Positions 48,319 through 60,740 of a stretch of 64,000 bases of DNA are shown one piece after another. Position numbers and translations under genes: made by a program. The stretch spans positions 11,780,001 to 11,844,000 of the forward strand of contig NC_135260.1 of the NCBI RefSeq assembly GCF_964204865.1, written 5' to 3'. Under the pieces are notes generated by a model. That model did not search any database. It was given only the letters and a program-made list of their open reading frames with translations, and was not told the origin of the DNA. The first letter of the stretch is position 1, and each line of letters opens with the position of its first letter. Origin of the DNA: Styela clava. Taxonomy: Eukaryota.

Positions 48319-51300
48319 ATGGATTCTCGCTTTATAATCATCGCACTTCTTCTAGTCAAGATCGGAAGCACGCAGGAATTATTAACAATTGGCGGTAAGA
48401 TATTTTTATAACATCATTGTTGAATAATTACCTTTAGTGCTTATCTGTTTACTCAAAGTAAAACGAGTGGAGTTTCAGTCAGTTGCACCATTTTTATGAA
48501 CTTCTTATCGCAATTAACTGCTCTGCACAAAAATAGTCAGGGTTCTAACTAAGCCATGAGCTTAACTAGATATTATATGGAAAAGAAAGTTCCTTGGAAA
48601 AATATCGAAATCAAAACGTCAAAAGTCACTTTTTGTAGCAATACTCGACCCGACATACGATCGAAAGAAAAATTCACAACATGTAACTGAACATTGTTTG
48701 ATGAATATTTCTACTTACACATTCGAAGTCTGCAACGGGTTAATTACAGTCAAATGTTCCTCATCGGTAAAAGTTCTATCATACTTTCGCGCCAATCTAG
48801 GCACTAGAAAACGGCTGCCGAAGCTCAATGACGTCCGCATTATCTTGTATTTAAAGCTGGGGTAATCACTAATCCGATATTTATTCCATACGGTATCGAC
48901 ATTGTCAAACCAAAGCGATGTCCAATAGTTCCATTTTAAGGGTGGATGTAAAGCAGCAGTTGTGGCTATAATCTGGGCAAAATACCAACTGATAAAATAA
49001 ACACCCTGCTTACAGTTATGAATAAATTTATATTTTCATGATGGACGTTTGAATATTAAATTTTATTAATCTGCACGCAATTGGCCCGAGGAAAGCTTTT
49101 AAATGGCTTATCTACAGCAGAATTGTTACGCATACACAGTAAGTCACGATTTATACGAGGCTAATAATCTGGTATAACTAGAAATCCTTTAGGAATAATC
49201 GATTGGATTGGATTTCAGACAGCACGTACGTTGAATCACGCATGCATTCGATAACTGTATGGATCTATATTTTATCGCGCGAATGTACATTGAGTCAAAG
49301 TATGTCACATGGTTCACTGGCAACATTCATTGAACAAAATAATGTTTATAAAAACAGTGTATACTAACTATGCACAAGCTATTTTAGAACTATAAAATAA
49401 TATTTGAATATGAAAATCATATTTATTTGCTCCAAAATCGTATGGCTATTTTGTATCATTAATTTAAACGGCGCGCTGGGATCGAAAAATCACTTTACGT
49501 TTACTCCAACAATACTCCATTGTTTCAGTGGTTTTTAGTTATCCAGGTATGTTTTACAGTATTTGTGGTCGTTTTCATAGTGCATTGACTTTTTTAAACT
49601 TGCTTTCCTGAGTTGTTAATTTACCTAATTGCAATAATATTTTAATAAATAAAATTTAGAATACTTTTTCAATTCTTTTTCTTTTCCTAGACGAGGAATT
49701 GGGTATTGTCGATGATCTCGATGTTTTGTCTCAAAAGTGCGAAAGCATCGTTACTGACAAAACGGAAGGAGTGATTACGAGTCCCAGTTTTCCAGATACA
49801 TACCCGCCTATCTCAAGATGTAACTTTACTATAATAGCGCCGGCGGGTCATGTGATCGAGGTAGACAAATATTTTGTGTTTATGATGAATATAAGCACGT
49901 TTTCTGTAAAAAAGTGTTTATGTTTTTCGTTCAGTTAACATTTATGATTCGTTAATTTAGTTTATAAATATAATATCGTATATTTAATGCATCTGACAGA
50001 ACGTTTGGATTTTGTGAAAATTATACACCGTAATGTAGATAAAATTTTTTAAAAAATTATATTGAATGAACGGTGAAGAAGTATCGATTGACAGCTTTTC
50101 ATGCAGTTCAGTAATTTTTTAATATTCCAGTATGAAAGCACATTTATGAATGTAGAGGAGCAGGATCCATCGTCGGCTTTGTGTGTTTATGACTACGTTA
50201 GAGTATACGATGGGGATGACGTTTCAAACACATACTGTGGCCAACAATCAATATATCCAAACGTTACAACTTCACCAATTTTAACGTAAGTGGGAACTCG
50301 CATCTAGCAATCTTACTGGTCCGATTTTACGTTAGCGAACCGTACATCTCAATTTCGATTTTATACTTTACATCTACCACATTGGGTACTCATGTATTAT
50401 GTGAACCAAGATGGCGGACACCGGGACGTAGTATGTGTAACAGGTTAAGGTTAGGCCATAATTTCAGGTACAAATACTACGGGAGTCACTTGACTATAGT
50501 CGTTGTACTAAAAGTAAAATGAGAAAAATTGGAATAAAATTATGCCCTAACCCTAATCTGGTACACATACTACGTTCCGGTGTCCGCCATCTTGGTTCAC
50601 ATATTACGGGAGCGCCCCACATTCTTCCTTTAACAACAAAATGCACTTCAGCTATTGTCAACTTATCTATAATATGTATGGGGTTTCACATTACCATATG
50701 TCAAAGTACTTTTTACGTGTGATGGAAACATTTTTCTGTATCTTTTCTTGAGATGCTTTTTCTTAAGTAATTATCTAGTCTTAAAGTTTTTTACAGATTA
50801 AAAAACCGTTTATATTTATTGTACACATCCACAATTTTACAGTATATGGTTTGTGTCTGACTACACAACTGAATTGGAAGGTTTTAGAATAGAATGGAAA
50901 ATAGTAAATCCGGAAGATCGAGATATTACGTTAAACTGTAATTTTGATGACGGCATTCCACTTTGTGCAGGTGGGTAACCACTCTGACCATATGTATGGT
51001 CAATCAACTAACTCTTGGGAAAATACCACAACTTTGAAAGTTATGAATATAATTTTGTATTTGAACAATTTTATCATATATATATATATATACAATTACA
51101 ACTTACAGCACCTATGAAAAAAAGTTGTATATAGACTGCTAAATCTGAATATAATTGAACGAAAAAAGCTATAAAAACCAATCAATAAATAATACAGCTT
51201 GAATGCCATGAACTACTTGTTTAAATATAAGTTTTGATGTTCCTGTTTTGTCACTTAGTAAGAAGCTATCAAGTTCGAGAAATCTCTGCCAACCAACAGT

Positions 51301-54300
51301 ATTTGCAGTTACTATATCAGTAAAATCAGCTGCAGATACTTTGTAACTCTGAAATGTAAGCTGCAACTTTTCTATACTTTATTTAATCTAAATTCAGGAT
51401 GGACAAACGAAAACAAGGAGTATAAATGGTTATTTACTAGAGGGCACACTCCGTCTGCCAATACTGGTCCAATAGCCGATCATACGACGGAAGGCTCAGG
51501 TAAAGTGCATTTAAATGTTGATACCATGCGGAAAGTCATTAGTTTATTTTATTACAATTGTAAAAATTGACACGAACTGCAATGATTACAAATCGGTAAG
51601 CCATACTGGCCCACCGCTTATTGTAAGAATATTGCATTTTAGTGTCTTGAGGTAGAATACATGTAGCCCACAGTCAACATATAATCCGAACAAAATGCAC
51701 AAAAACTGTTAACTCTGACCAGGAGAGTTAGTTCTATTTTCATTGCAGGTGGTAGATTTGCGTTCATTGAAGCTTCAAAAGTCGATGAAGATTCTACAGC
51801 GATATTACAATCTCCTGCTATTATATCGAGTGAGCATGAACAAACATTTGTGACTATTATTCACTAATTGGATTAAAAAATATATTTACAATAATAATGT
51901 GTGATAAAAATATTTCAAATAGAATACAGACAACTAGACAAGAACATTTTTAAAACAGTTTATGTCGCCACAACATATATTAATTTATTCCTAGCTAAGC
52001 TCAGAGCGGTTGGAGATATAGTTTGAAATGGGTAAACGTTTATTTCATTAACATTCTACTTTTTGTGAATATTCGTACAGGAAGCTATAAAATATGATTG
52101 TCTCATTTCAGGTTATTTGGTGTCTGTTTGCGGACCACTAAGAAAATATAATTTTTCTCACTCTGGTAGTGCTGGGTTCGGGTAGAAATCCAATCAAAAT
52201 AACTGAGAACTAATTGAAACGACACTGATTTATTTAAATTTTCAAGGTTATATCTAGAACATATGACGTAAATGTAAGTTATAAAATTACCGACGAGAAT
52301 TTTAGAATGGGTGTCATCGCCCACATCGCAAGTTTTGGTTGGTATTAATGCACTACCTAAACTTACTTTCATTTGAAAACATTTCCATTTTAGAAGGAAT
52401 CCAAGACAAAAGATGTTTAAGATTTTGGTATCATATGTTTGGAGAAGGAGGAATGGGTTCCTTGTCTGTTTACATCAAAGATGGTGAAGGCAATCCGACG
52501 CTATTGGCAAGTTTTTCCGGAGATAAAGGAGACATGTGGTTCGAAGGAGAATATACCATTACACTGGAATCGCTAATGAGCTGGGTATTAAATTTTACTT
52601 GACAAGTTTCAAATTTTTCATACTATTTTTTATTAGGTCAAAAAATGCATTCGTATTCAATGAAAACCCCAAACCAGGATGACCCATTGAAGTTAGGGAT
52701 TTAAATGCAAGCGCTTCACAAGAAACGAGTTTTTGTTAAAAAAAAACGAAAACGCGTCGGAAGTAAGCTTGCGATTCGTAAATAATGTTTCATACGGTTG
52801 ATGATATATGCTTATATATTGAACTGTTATATTCGTTTAAAATCAAATGTTTAGACATGTTTTCGCCAGGGAAACGAATAAACTTTTTTAATGCTATAGA
52901 AAAGGCATGTTTGTCCAAAAACGTGGATTCCTAAAATAATCGACCTCGAGTTTAAATATAAATACCTTCGCAAGGTGTGAGCCCTACAGCAACAACACAT
53001 TTTATTTTTTCCCGATTCCCAGAGAAATATCTGCGTGTTTCAGCTGCTATTTTTGTACAGATCACATTTGAAGGTAAGCGTGGTTCAAATTATAAGTCTG
53101 ATATGGCTATTGATGATATCAGCATAACGGAAGGAGACTGTAATCAACCACAAAGAACACTTGAAGGTCGGTCAGTATAATGATAGGAATAAATTGCAAT
53201 AGCAGCTATTTACACAATATGCTTCTCATTCAAAAACATTTTTGTGCTCACTCTTTGGTATTATTAAAATTATATCACGGAAAGATATTGATTGTCACAC
53301 CATTAATATTTTTCAGTCGACAACCAACCACCGATTTCTTTGACGCCTACACTAGAAGGAGGTTCACTGATTCCAAGTAAGTATATATATATATAACAAA
53401 AAGAATTTAAGTATATTGAAATCGCGTTTATTAAACCGTCATCAGAACTCTGGTAGGAAGAGTTGAATTTGATGACCTTATTTTCACATTACTGCTTCCT
53501 TTAGTGGATTCTGGCTGACGAAACAATGATGAAAAACGTAGATGTTTACTCCCTTCGTAATCGTAATAGTTAAACATTCCAACAATATCTTGCAGTACAG
53601 TGCCACAATAGTAATCAAAAGTTCAACAATCATCAGTTGTAATGGTTCAATGTGGATTGTCTTATTGATTTTCTGTATGATTGCCATTATGCGTACGAAT
53701 TACACACCAAAGAGAGAGTTTTCAGTTTCCATAGATACACAAAATGATTTGTAGATGGTCAAACATACCGAAGGAATAACAAATGCCCGAATTTGATGTA
53801 ATGTGGGTATTGCGCACACATTCCGTTATTTATGAGACATGAAACGGATTTATGGATCGCTTTTCTTTTTAACTACTGGAACAATTGCTATTTTTAGTGG
53901 TTAAAGCTTGCTGTTGTCGCTAGAAGGCTATTACTTTCATTAATTTTAAAAATATTTGTGGGCTCTATAGGATTGGTTTTCCACCCCGAAGTTCTGTGTG
54001 ATGAAGTCATCAAAATCACAAATTTCGTGTTGTGGTTCTTGATCTGGTGGTCAGACTATCGATACCGTAAAAGATTTGATACTACTTCGCTGTGGCGTTC
54101 GTGTCTATATATTTAAGAATTACTCTCTTGTATTAATAACAATACTCAATCCAGGCGATTGCCCAACCAACATGGAGCAAGGCAGCTGTGGCGATGGGTG
54201 CGTTCTATCTTGCGACAACCTAGATGAGTTAGGTGTAAGCATTTTCTGCGCGCGAGCTTGCTTCGGTGATTGCGCATGCCCTGTTGAACTACCAATTTTC

Positions 54301-55107
54301 AAAGATGGAAGGTAAGCAAAATTAGCGTAAAAATTTGCTATTAAAAGTAACATACTACATTTTGGTACCTCTATGCTTGTTTAATCTAAACAAGTAAAAA
54401 TGCTCATTTGCAATTTTACATGTTATTAAAGAAAGCTTGTCTAAGAATACCTCTATGCTTGTTTAATCTAAACGAGTAAAAATGCTTTTTTGCAATTAAA
54501 GAAAGTTTGTCTAAGGCTATGATTTTGCCGTCTCATATAATCAATACAAATACAATGTACAACTATACAGTGCATCTATTCCCGAATAAATATATACAGG
54601 GTGTCCATAAAATCCCTTTATAATTTCAAATGCATTATGAAGTCAGTTCTCAATATATCAGATTTGTTAATCAATATTTGTATTTTTACTTCATTTAAAA
54701 TCAGTGAGGGCCGAAACAATATTATGGTTTCGATGAATTCACTTTGCAATTTGAAAAAAAAAAATTTAAGACTTTATGGACATCCTATATATTTGCCGTG
54801 ATGACACTACAAATTCTTTACACTCATATCCTCATTAAATTTATATAACATTCCCTTATACTGTATATAAACATTCAGTTGCGTCTCGGTACAAGATTGC
54901 ACTTCGGAAAGCAACTCAACTGTAGGCCTAACTTCTACAACAGAACAAACAACACCAGGTTTGGTTGAAAGTACAACGAATCCTGTAGAAATGACAGCAA
55001 TGGTTAAAGACGCAAAACATAAGAAAAAAGAAGAGATACATGATCATATTGTCAGAAACGTACTTGATGCAATTGTTATTGCATTATCTGAATCCAAAAA
55101 GAATTAA
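48319..55107 (+). CDS. Secreted protein: signal peptide-CUB-MAM-TIL-Thr-rich tail, 484 aa, 11 coding exons
   Basis: Exons 48319-48394, 49691-49860, 50131-50285, 50843-50970, 51398-51499, 51749-51829, 52394-52584, 53061-53166, 53317-53376, 54155-54311, 54879-55107 are all GT-AG and phase-compatible (1455 nt). CUB: GVITSPSFPDTYP..RC, CVYDYVRVYDG, YCG, FVSD..GF. MAM: CNFD, TPSANTGPIADHT, CLRFWYHMFG, FEG..AIDDISI..GDC. TIL domain has 10 Cys. Confidence 0.9.
50385..50616. mobile_element. Merlin-like MITE in intron, long TIRs
   Basis: CCACATTG|GGTACTC...GAACCAAGATGGCGGACACC ... GGTGTCCGCCATCTTGGTTC...GAGCGCC|CCACATTC. Confidence 0.8.
54366..54515 (+). repeat. Intronic two-copy tandem duplication (~82 bp period)
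   Basis: TACCTCTATGCTTGTTTAATCTAAAC...TTAAAGAAAG.TTGTCTAAG occurs twice. Confidence 0.85.
54597..54787. mobile_element. Tc1/mariner-type MITE (TA target)
   Basis: TA|CAGGGTGTCCATAAAATCC...GACTTTATGGACATCCTA|TA. Confidence 0.7.
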
Positions 55108-55709
55108 ATTTTATGATATCTGTCTAGACGAGTTTAAGTTTTGCTGGGTTATTAAAGTGTCATTCATGATCATTAAAGATGTTTATTCATATTTTCTTGT
55201 TTGTTTCGTTTCTATTTTCAAATGAATTCTTGTTTTTTTCGTTCATTAGAAACATATATACATATTGACATCCAAGGAAAAGATAGAGAAAAAAATTTTT
55301 TCAAAAATAGAAGGCAATCGTGTATATTCAATAACTCAACAAAGATTCACAAGTTCGATTCTCATGGGAAATGATGTGTCAAAACCGAAATCTCAGCCGT
55401 TGCAGGCTGGTTCCTGTCATCACCTAGTTTCGTCATCTAAGTTCATGAGCAGCGACTACCTAACTATCTGCTTAATCGTGTAGGCATTGGCCATGATAAA
55501 TGAAATTCTTTGTCATGTCAGAACGGTAGCTGTGTTTGACTGGCCCCCAAATAAAACCGACTGTCTATAAGGCAGTCCAAGCGTCTTTCTGATGAATCCA
55601 TTCAAATTACTATTGGTACACAATGTCCGGTAGCGGGATTAAAAATGGGTTCTTCATTGTATCGAATTCACTGAAAACAGATTTCTACATCACCCCAGAA
55701 CGGTTGTAG

Positions 55710-55915
55710 CCACTGGGACTAGTTATCCAGTTATTTGTTTCAGATGCATGGACTTGATAGTGGAGGAAGCTGTAACATACGAGCGGTTACGTTAAGCACC
55801 TCACGGCGGCGAGGAGTCCAGCAATATTCTCACACATAATCATCCCCCACTGGAATCGAACCTGTGAACCCACGCAGGGTAATCAGAAGTGCGATGACGA
55901 TGCACGATGCGCCAC
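55710..55915 (-). mobile_element. Degenerate copy of the tRNA-SINE
   Basis: GCATGGACTTGATAGTGGAGGAAGC...GGCGAGGAGTCCAGCAAT...TCGAACCTGTGAACCCACGCAG aligns to 43550-43750. Confidence 0.85.
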
Positions 55916-56732
55916 CAAAACGTTTGGAATATAAGTTGCGGGGTTTTATCAAAAAGGAATGGGTTGTTTTCACTAACTTAGAGTATTGAATTATTTCACT
56001 CGTACACACACACGACACAATCGAAGAAAGAAAACGCAAGAAACTTGAGATAAATTACATAATAAACAAAAAAAATATCCTAAACAAAATGAAGTATTTT
56101 TACACCATATTAATAATTTTATAACAGTCGCCAAACTGAATATCGATTTTGTAAACAAGAGTGAACAGTAAAGAAGAATATTTATCAAAAAGCGTGAGGA
56201 AGGCGATTTGAGTTAGTTTCCCTGACCCTTGACACAAAAAACGGCATAATTACAAGGTATTTTATCTACAATCAAGTTTTTGGAACGCAACTGAAAGCTG
56301 ACACACAGCACGCAGAATCTCGAATAAAACGACATCGTCATCATTGACTTATTGCCGATTGGTCACTGTTACGGAAATAAACCAGAAAATCGATGTTCGG
56401 GGAAATACCTATCTCTGCACAAATGCAACGCACGCATGCAGGCAGCTCTGGCTTGTTTAGAAGTTTGATTTTTTTTCTGATGTAGGTAGGCTATGTTATG
56501 AATAAAAAGGCACGATCGCACAAAAACATGACAAAACAAAAATTAGTCAAAAATTAAGTGTAATCATTGCTCAGTTGCTTGCAAGGTCAGATCAGAGGGT
56601 TGTAGGGTCTGATATCTGGATATAGTTTAGTACGGGTCCTGTATAGTTTAGTACTGCATGCAATTCTAATACTGTAATAGGCCTGGCTCAACAATTTTAG
56701 CATAGATTCAGTAGATTTCCGGTGACATAGAT

Positions 56733-56920
56733 GGTGACCGTACATTTGAACCCATGTGTATATCCGCGGGTTCAATCTAGCCTATATGCAGGTGCTAAAA
56801 CCCATGGGTTAGGTTAGTACGGGTTCAAATATCCGCAAAACGAAAAAAATTTCCATAGGTGCAATAGTACCGGTACCGGTATGCAGGTGCAATTGTCGTG
56901 GGTTCAAATGTACGGGAACC
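56733..56920. mobile_element. MITE with 9-bp TSD GACATAGAT (Mutator- or Merlin-like)
   Basis: GACATAGAT|GGTGACCGTACATTTGAACCC...GGGTTCAAATGTACGGGAACC|GACATAGAT. Confidence 0.85.
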
Positions 56921-56998
56921 GACATAGATTCATACTGTCATAGAGGTGTTATAGCAACTGATGTAAAACTTTTAATTTCAAGCTGATGTGAAAACTTC

Positions 56999-57457
56999 GG
57001 GTCTAGTATAGTTTAGTACCACAAGTACGGTACTTCCGGTGGGCGTAGCATAACGAATTTTGCATATGCTATTCCTAACCCCCACCTGACTATGCCATCC
57101 AAAAATTACGTCACTACGACGTCACCATCATGTCATAAGGATTGCCAAAGTATAATTATGATCGCCCGAAATGTCATCTGCGCCGCCGATAACGAACTTG
57201 CTAAAGCCGGCGATCTCTCTCCTATCGTGATCGTTGTGACGAGAAAACGAGAGAAATTGCTTGCTCGATTTCGGATGATCGTCTGCGCGTTTTGGACGAC
57301 CATCCGCATACTTCGGTGGGCCTTATTACGCCACTGTGACGTCGAAATGACGTAATTTTTCGGTGATGTAGTCAGGTGGGGGTTGGGATTTACATATGCA
57401 AAAATTGTTGAGCCAGGTCAACTAGAAGTACATGTGGTACTAAACTATACCAGACCC
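56999..57457. mobile_element. MITE (459 bp, long TIR, 8-bp TSD AAAACTTY), first of a tandem pair
   Basis: AAAACTTC|GGGTCTAGTATAGTTTAGTACCAC...GTGGTACTAAACTATACCAGACCC|AAAACTTT. Confidence 0.85.
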
Positions 57458-57465
57458 AAAACTTT

Positions 57466-57909
57466 GTGTCTCATGTAGTTTCTTACCTAACATACTTCTA
57501 GTGGGCGTAGCATGACAATTTTTTTACGTATTAATCCTAACCCCCACCTGACTACACCATCCAAAAATTACGTCATTACGACGTCACAGTGACGTAATAG
57601 AGCCCTTCAAACTATACGAACTGCCATCCAAGACGCGCAAACGAGCACCCGAAATCGAACAGTTAGTTTTCTCGTCGCAAAGATTCCAATAGGAGAGAGA
57701 CCGATAACGTCAGTCAGTTCTTTATCGTCGGCGCCAATGCCATTTCGGTCGATCGTGCGTATGTTTGGCAAGCTCTATGACGTGATTGTGATGTCGTAGT
57801 GATTTAATTTTTGGATGGCGTAATCAGATGGGGGTTAGGATTGACATATCAAAAAATTGTTATGCTACGCCCACTAGAAGTACGTTAGGTATGAAACTAC
57901 ACGAGACCC
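57466..57909. mobile_element. Related MITE (444 bp) in opposite orientation, same target site
   Basis: AAAACTTT|GTGTCTCATGTAGTTTC...GAAACTACACGAGACCC|AAAACTTC. The internal segment is a diverged reverse complement of the first copy. Confidence 0.85.
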
Positions 57910-58045
57910 AAAACTTCTACCCTTAAAAATACAAAAAAACTAAAGCCAAAATAAAATTTATTGCAGGTTGGTTCAAGAAGAGTTATTTCTCTTTTAAATG
58001 CTCCACTAGTATTTTAAATTCACAGCTAGAAGACTGGAACCAAAA

Positions 58046-60202
58046 ATGAAACGGCGACAAAATATTTTACAGTGCTTCCGGAAAATTCCAAGAACTGAAC
58101 TTGATAAAGCATGTGTAAAACAAAATGGACAACAAGCATTGGATCATGATATTACGACCAAAAATATGAATGATTTGCAAAATAGTAGTCGTGAGGTGGA
58201 TGAAGAAGTTTCAGCTATTCCAGACTGCTGGAGTATGAATCAATTTATTAACTTTAAACAAAAATATGATGGTTTAACACTTCGCAATAAAAGACTTGGT
58301 TGTGATTACTGTGGTAGATTTCCATCTGAATTAGTAAATTCTAAAGGCATTCACTTGTCAATGGAATGGGCTAATTGCCGAGTTGCAGCTTCAGGAAAGA
58401 ATAAAAAAGTCCAGCAAGCTTCTCTGCGAAAAAAGATGAATTTACACTTTTCGTCGAAGGCGCACCATATTTGCGTTATGGGGTTGCGGGATTATCCAAA
58501 TATTATTGCAGATTGCATTGATAATCTAAATAAGAGTTGTATAAATTCTACGATCAAAGTCTTTAATACAGTTTACAGTTTCGCGAAAAAAAGTCGCCCA
58601 TTTTCTGATATTGAAGATGAAATCGCGCTGCAAATAAAAAATGGAGTAGATATGGGCGCAGGACCTCATTGTCGCAAAACTGCTATGAAAATAGTAGACC
58701 ACATTGCAAGACAAATTAGAAAAGAAATATTCACAAAAATCATTGAAAAAAACTTAAAAATCTGTGTTATTATTGATGAAGCGTTAACTGTGTTTAGTAA
58801 ACCCGTCATTGTAATATTCATAAAGGTCGAAGATTGCAATTTTTCTCCGATGATATTTTTGGATTTAGCTGAATTGGAACAACATGGAGCAGAAGAAATA
58901 TATGCAACCTTATTAAATAGCTTGCATCTTGTTGGATTCGATGAGGCATATTTGGAAAAAAACCTAATCGCTTTCTGTACCGATGGAGCAAGTGTAATGC
59001 TCGGTCGTAGATCTGGATTAGGCATAAAACTCAAAAATAATTTCCCTGATATTATTCTTTGGCATTGCTTGAATCATCGCCTGCAACTAGTTTTAGATGC
59101 CGCTATCACTGATATAAAACAAGTGAATCACTTGGAAATTTTCATGGATAAAATACACACTATTTTTCATAAGTCAAATAAAAACCAAATGGAAATTTTC
59201 AAAATTTCTGAAGAACTTGGACAGCAAATAGCGGAGATTGGTAGAGTTTCTGGATCAAAATGGTCTGCTTGCAGCTTAGAGTCTGCACTCGCTGTATGGC
59301 ATGCTTATCCTGCCTTGTGGAAATATTTTTCTAAGTTTACCAAACATTCAGGAATGGTTGCTCGTCTTGGGAACAAATATTTTCTAGATGATTTAGCATT
59401 AATGATTGATATACTGCAAGAATTGTCCTTTCTTTCTGAAGCTCTTCAAGCTAGATGTGTAACTTTGACACAAGCTGAAAAATTAGTACTTGAGTCCATT
59501 AAAGCATTTGAACTACTAATAGAAAGTAAAGGGACATTTGAAAACAAAATTACCGACAGAATTGCTTCTGAGGAATTTAAAGATGTCCAGCTTATTGAAA
59601 ACCACAAATTTTTATGCCTTCCTCGGAAAAAGCTGCTTGAAGAAATTATCGAAAACATGAGAAAGAAACTAATGGATAATGGTCATTTGACATCAGGAAG
59701 TGATGACCAGGAAAACACGGAATTTCATCAAGTGGTAAATTTGTTAGAGTCAGACACCTGGAATACTCAGGAAGTAGTTGTACCCTGGCTTGCTGCTGAA
59801 GAAAAACTGTGCAGGTTCACTGACATTTTTCATTATGAAATTCCTGTCAATGATTTCCGTGATTACGTGAAAAATGTATTGCAAAATTTTAAAAACCCTG
59901 TAATTCCTCGAAGTGTTCAAAAAGCCAAAGCCATAGTAAGCACAATTGCTGTCAGCTCTGCTGAACTGGAAAGAGGCTTCTCCAGTATGAATCATATTTG
60001 CTCAGATAAGAGCCTTGTTGTTGAAAATATAGCAAATTTGATGACAATTAACCTTATTGGCCTCCCTTTTGAGATATGGGACGCCGCACCTTATGCTAAA
60101 ACATGGCTGAGAAACCACGTTGCTGATGATCAAAAGCTACAGCAGAGAGTAGTCCAGGAATATGATTGCAATCAAGTTGCCATTTGGAATTTACTAAAAT
60201 AA
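58046..60202 (+). CDS. hAT-transposase-derived protein, KIAA1586/ZNF862-like, 718 aa, uninterrupted ORF
   Basis: Zn-finger-like N-terminus (CDYC...H...HH), AKKSRPFSD, IIDEA (D1), CTDGAS (D2), WHCLNHRLQL (CxxH), SKWS (RW motif), SSAELERGFSSMN (E, hATC dimerisation region). Splice acceptor ...TTCACAG ends at 58025; AATAAA at the stop and ~60322. Confidence 0.88.
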   Translation: MKRRQNILQCFRKIPRTELDKACVKQNGQQALDHDITTKNMNDLQNSSREVDEEVSAIPDCWSMNQFINFKQKYDGLTLRNKRLGCDYCGRFPSELVNSKGIHLSMEWANCRVAASGKNKKVQQASLRKKMNLHFSSKAHHICVMGLRDYPNIIADCIDNLNKSCINSTIKVFNTVYSFAKKSRPFSDIEDEIALQIKNGVDMGAGPHCRKTAMKIVDHIARQIRKEIFTKIIEKNLKICVIIDEALTVFSKPVIVIFIKVEDCNFSPMIFLDLAELEQHGAEEIYATLLNSLHLVGFDEAYLEKNLIAFCTDGASVMLGRRSGLGIKLKNNFPDIILWHCLNHRLQLVLDAAITDIKQVNHLEIFMDKIHTIFHKSNKNQMEIFKISEELGQQIAEIGRVSGSKWSACSLESALAVWHAYPALWKYFSKFTKHSGMVARLGNKYFLDDLALMIDILQELSFLSEALQARCVTLTQAEKLVLESIKAFELLIESKGTFENKITDRIASEEFKDVQLIENHKFLCLPRKKLLEEIIENMRKKLMDNGHLTSGSDDQENTEFHQVVNLLESDTWNTQEVVVPWLAAEEKLCRFTDIFHYEIPVNDFRDYVKNVLQNFKNPVIPRSVQKAKAIVSTIAVSSAELERGFSSMNHICSDKSLVVENIANLMTINLIGLPFEIWDAAPYAKTWLRNHVADDQKLQQRVVQEYDCNQVAIWNLLK

Positions 60203-60740
60203 AAGATTTTGAATGTGGTATTGTTGGGGCACACGGAACAGACCCCAGTTACTATATTTATACTTTTCAACTACATTCAATTTGTTTAAACTTTTAATTG
60301 TGTATTGTTTATTAATATTGAAATAAAGTGCATTTTTCTCAAGGTCTGATTTTATATAATTCCCAAATGTAGTTTTCATCAAAGTAGTTAGGCCACTTCA
60401 ATTGTCTTTGAACCAAACTATGCCAATTCCCCCAGTTACACTTGTTTTCAGTATTGCTGACCATATGATTGTGAGTGAGTCACTTGTTCTCATGTTTTCT
60501 TTTGGAAATGTTCTCATTGTATTTTATGCCTCGGCTTATTCAATTTTCATTCATTCGTATTAGAAAATAAATTTTGTTTGAATCATCTCATCCAGTTGCA
60601 GAGCCATAGGTTCGGCAACGTTTTCCTAGAATGAGGAAACCCGTTGTTAGTGAGTTCGACACAACAGAGAACCTGTTTTTAAAATTTGGAACCACTCCAT
60701 AAATTCAACCGTGTTTCTCTATGTGTGGTTGGCTTTACAA

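Noticed and set aside
50440-50560. Interstitial telomere
   Set aside because: Only 1-2 TTAGGG-like units, always inside MITE arms.
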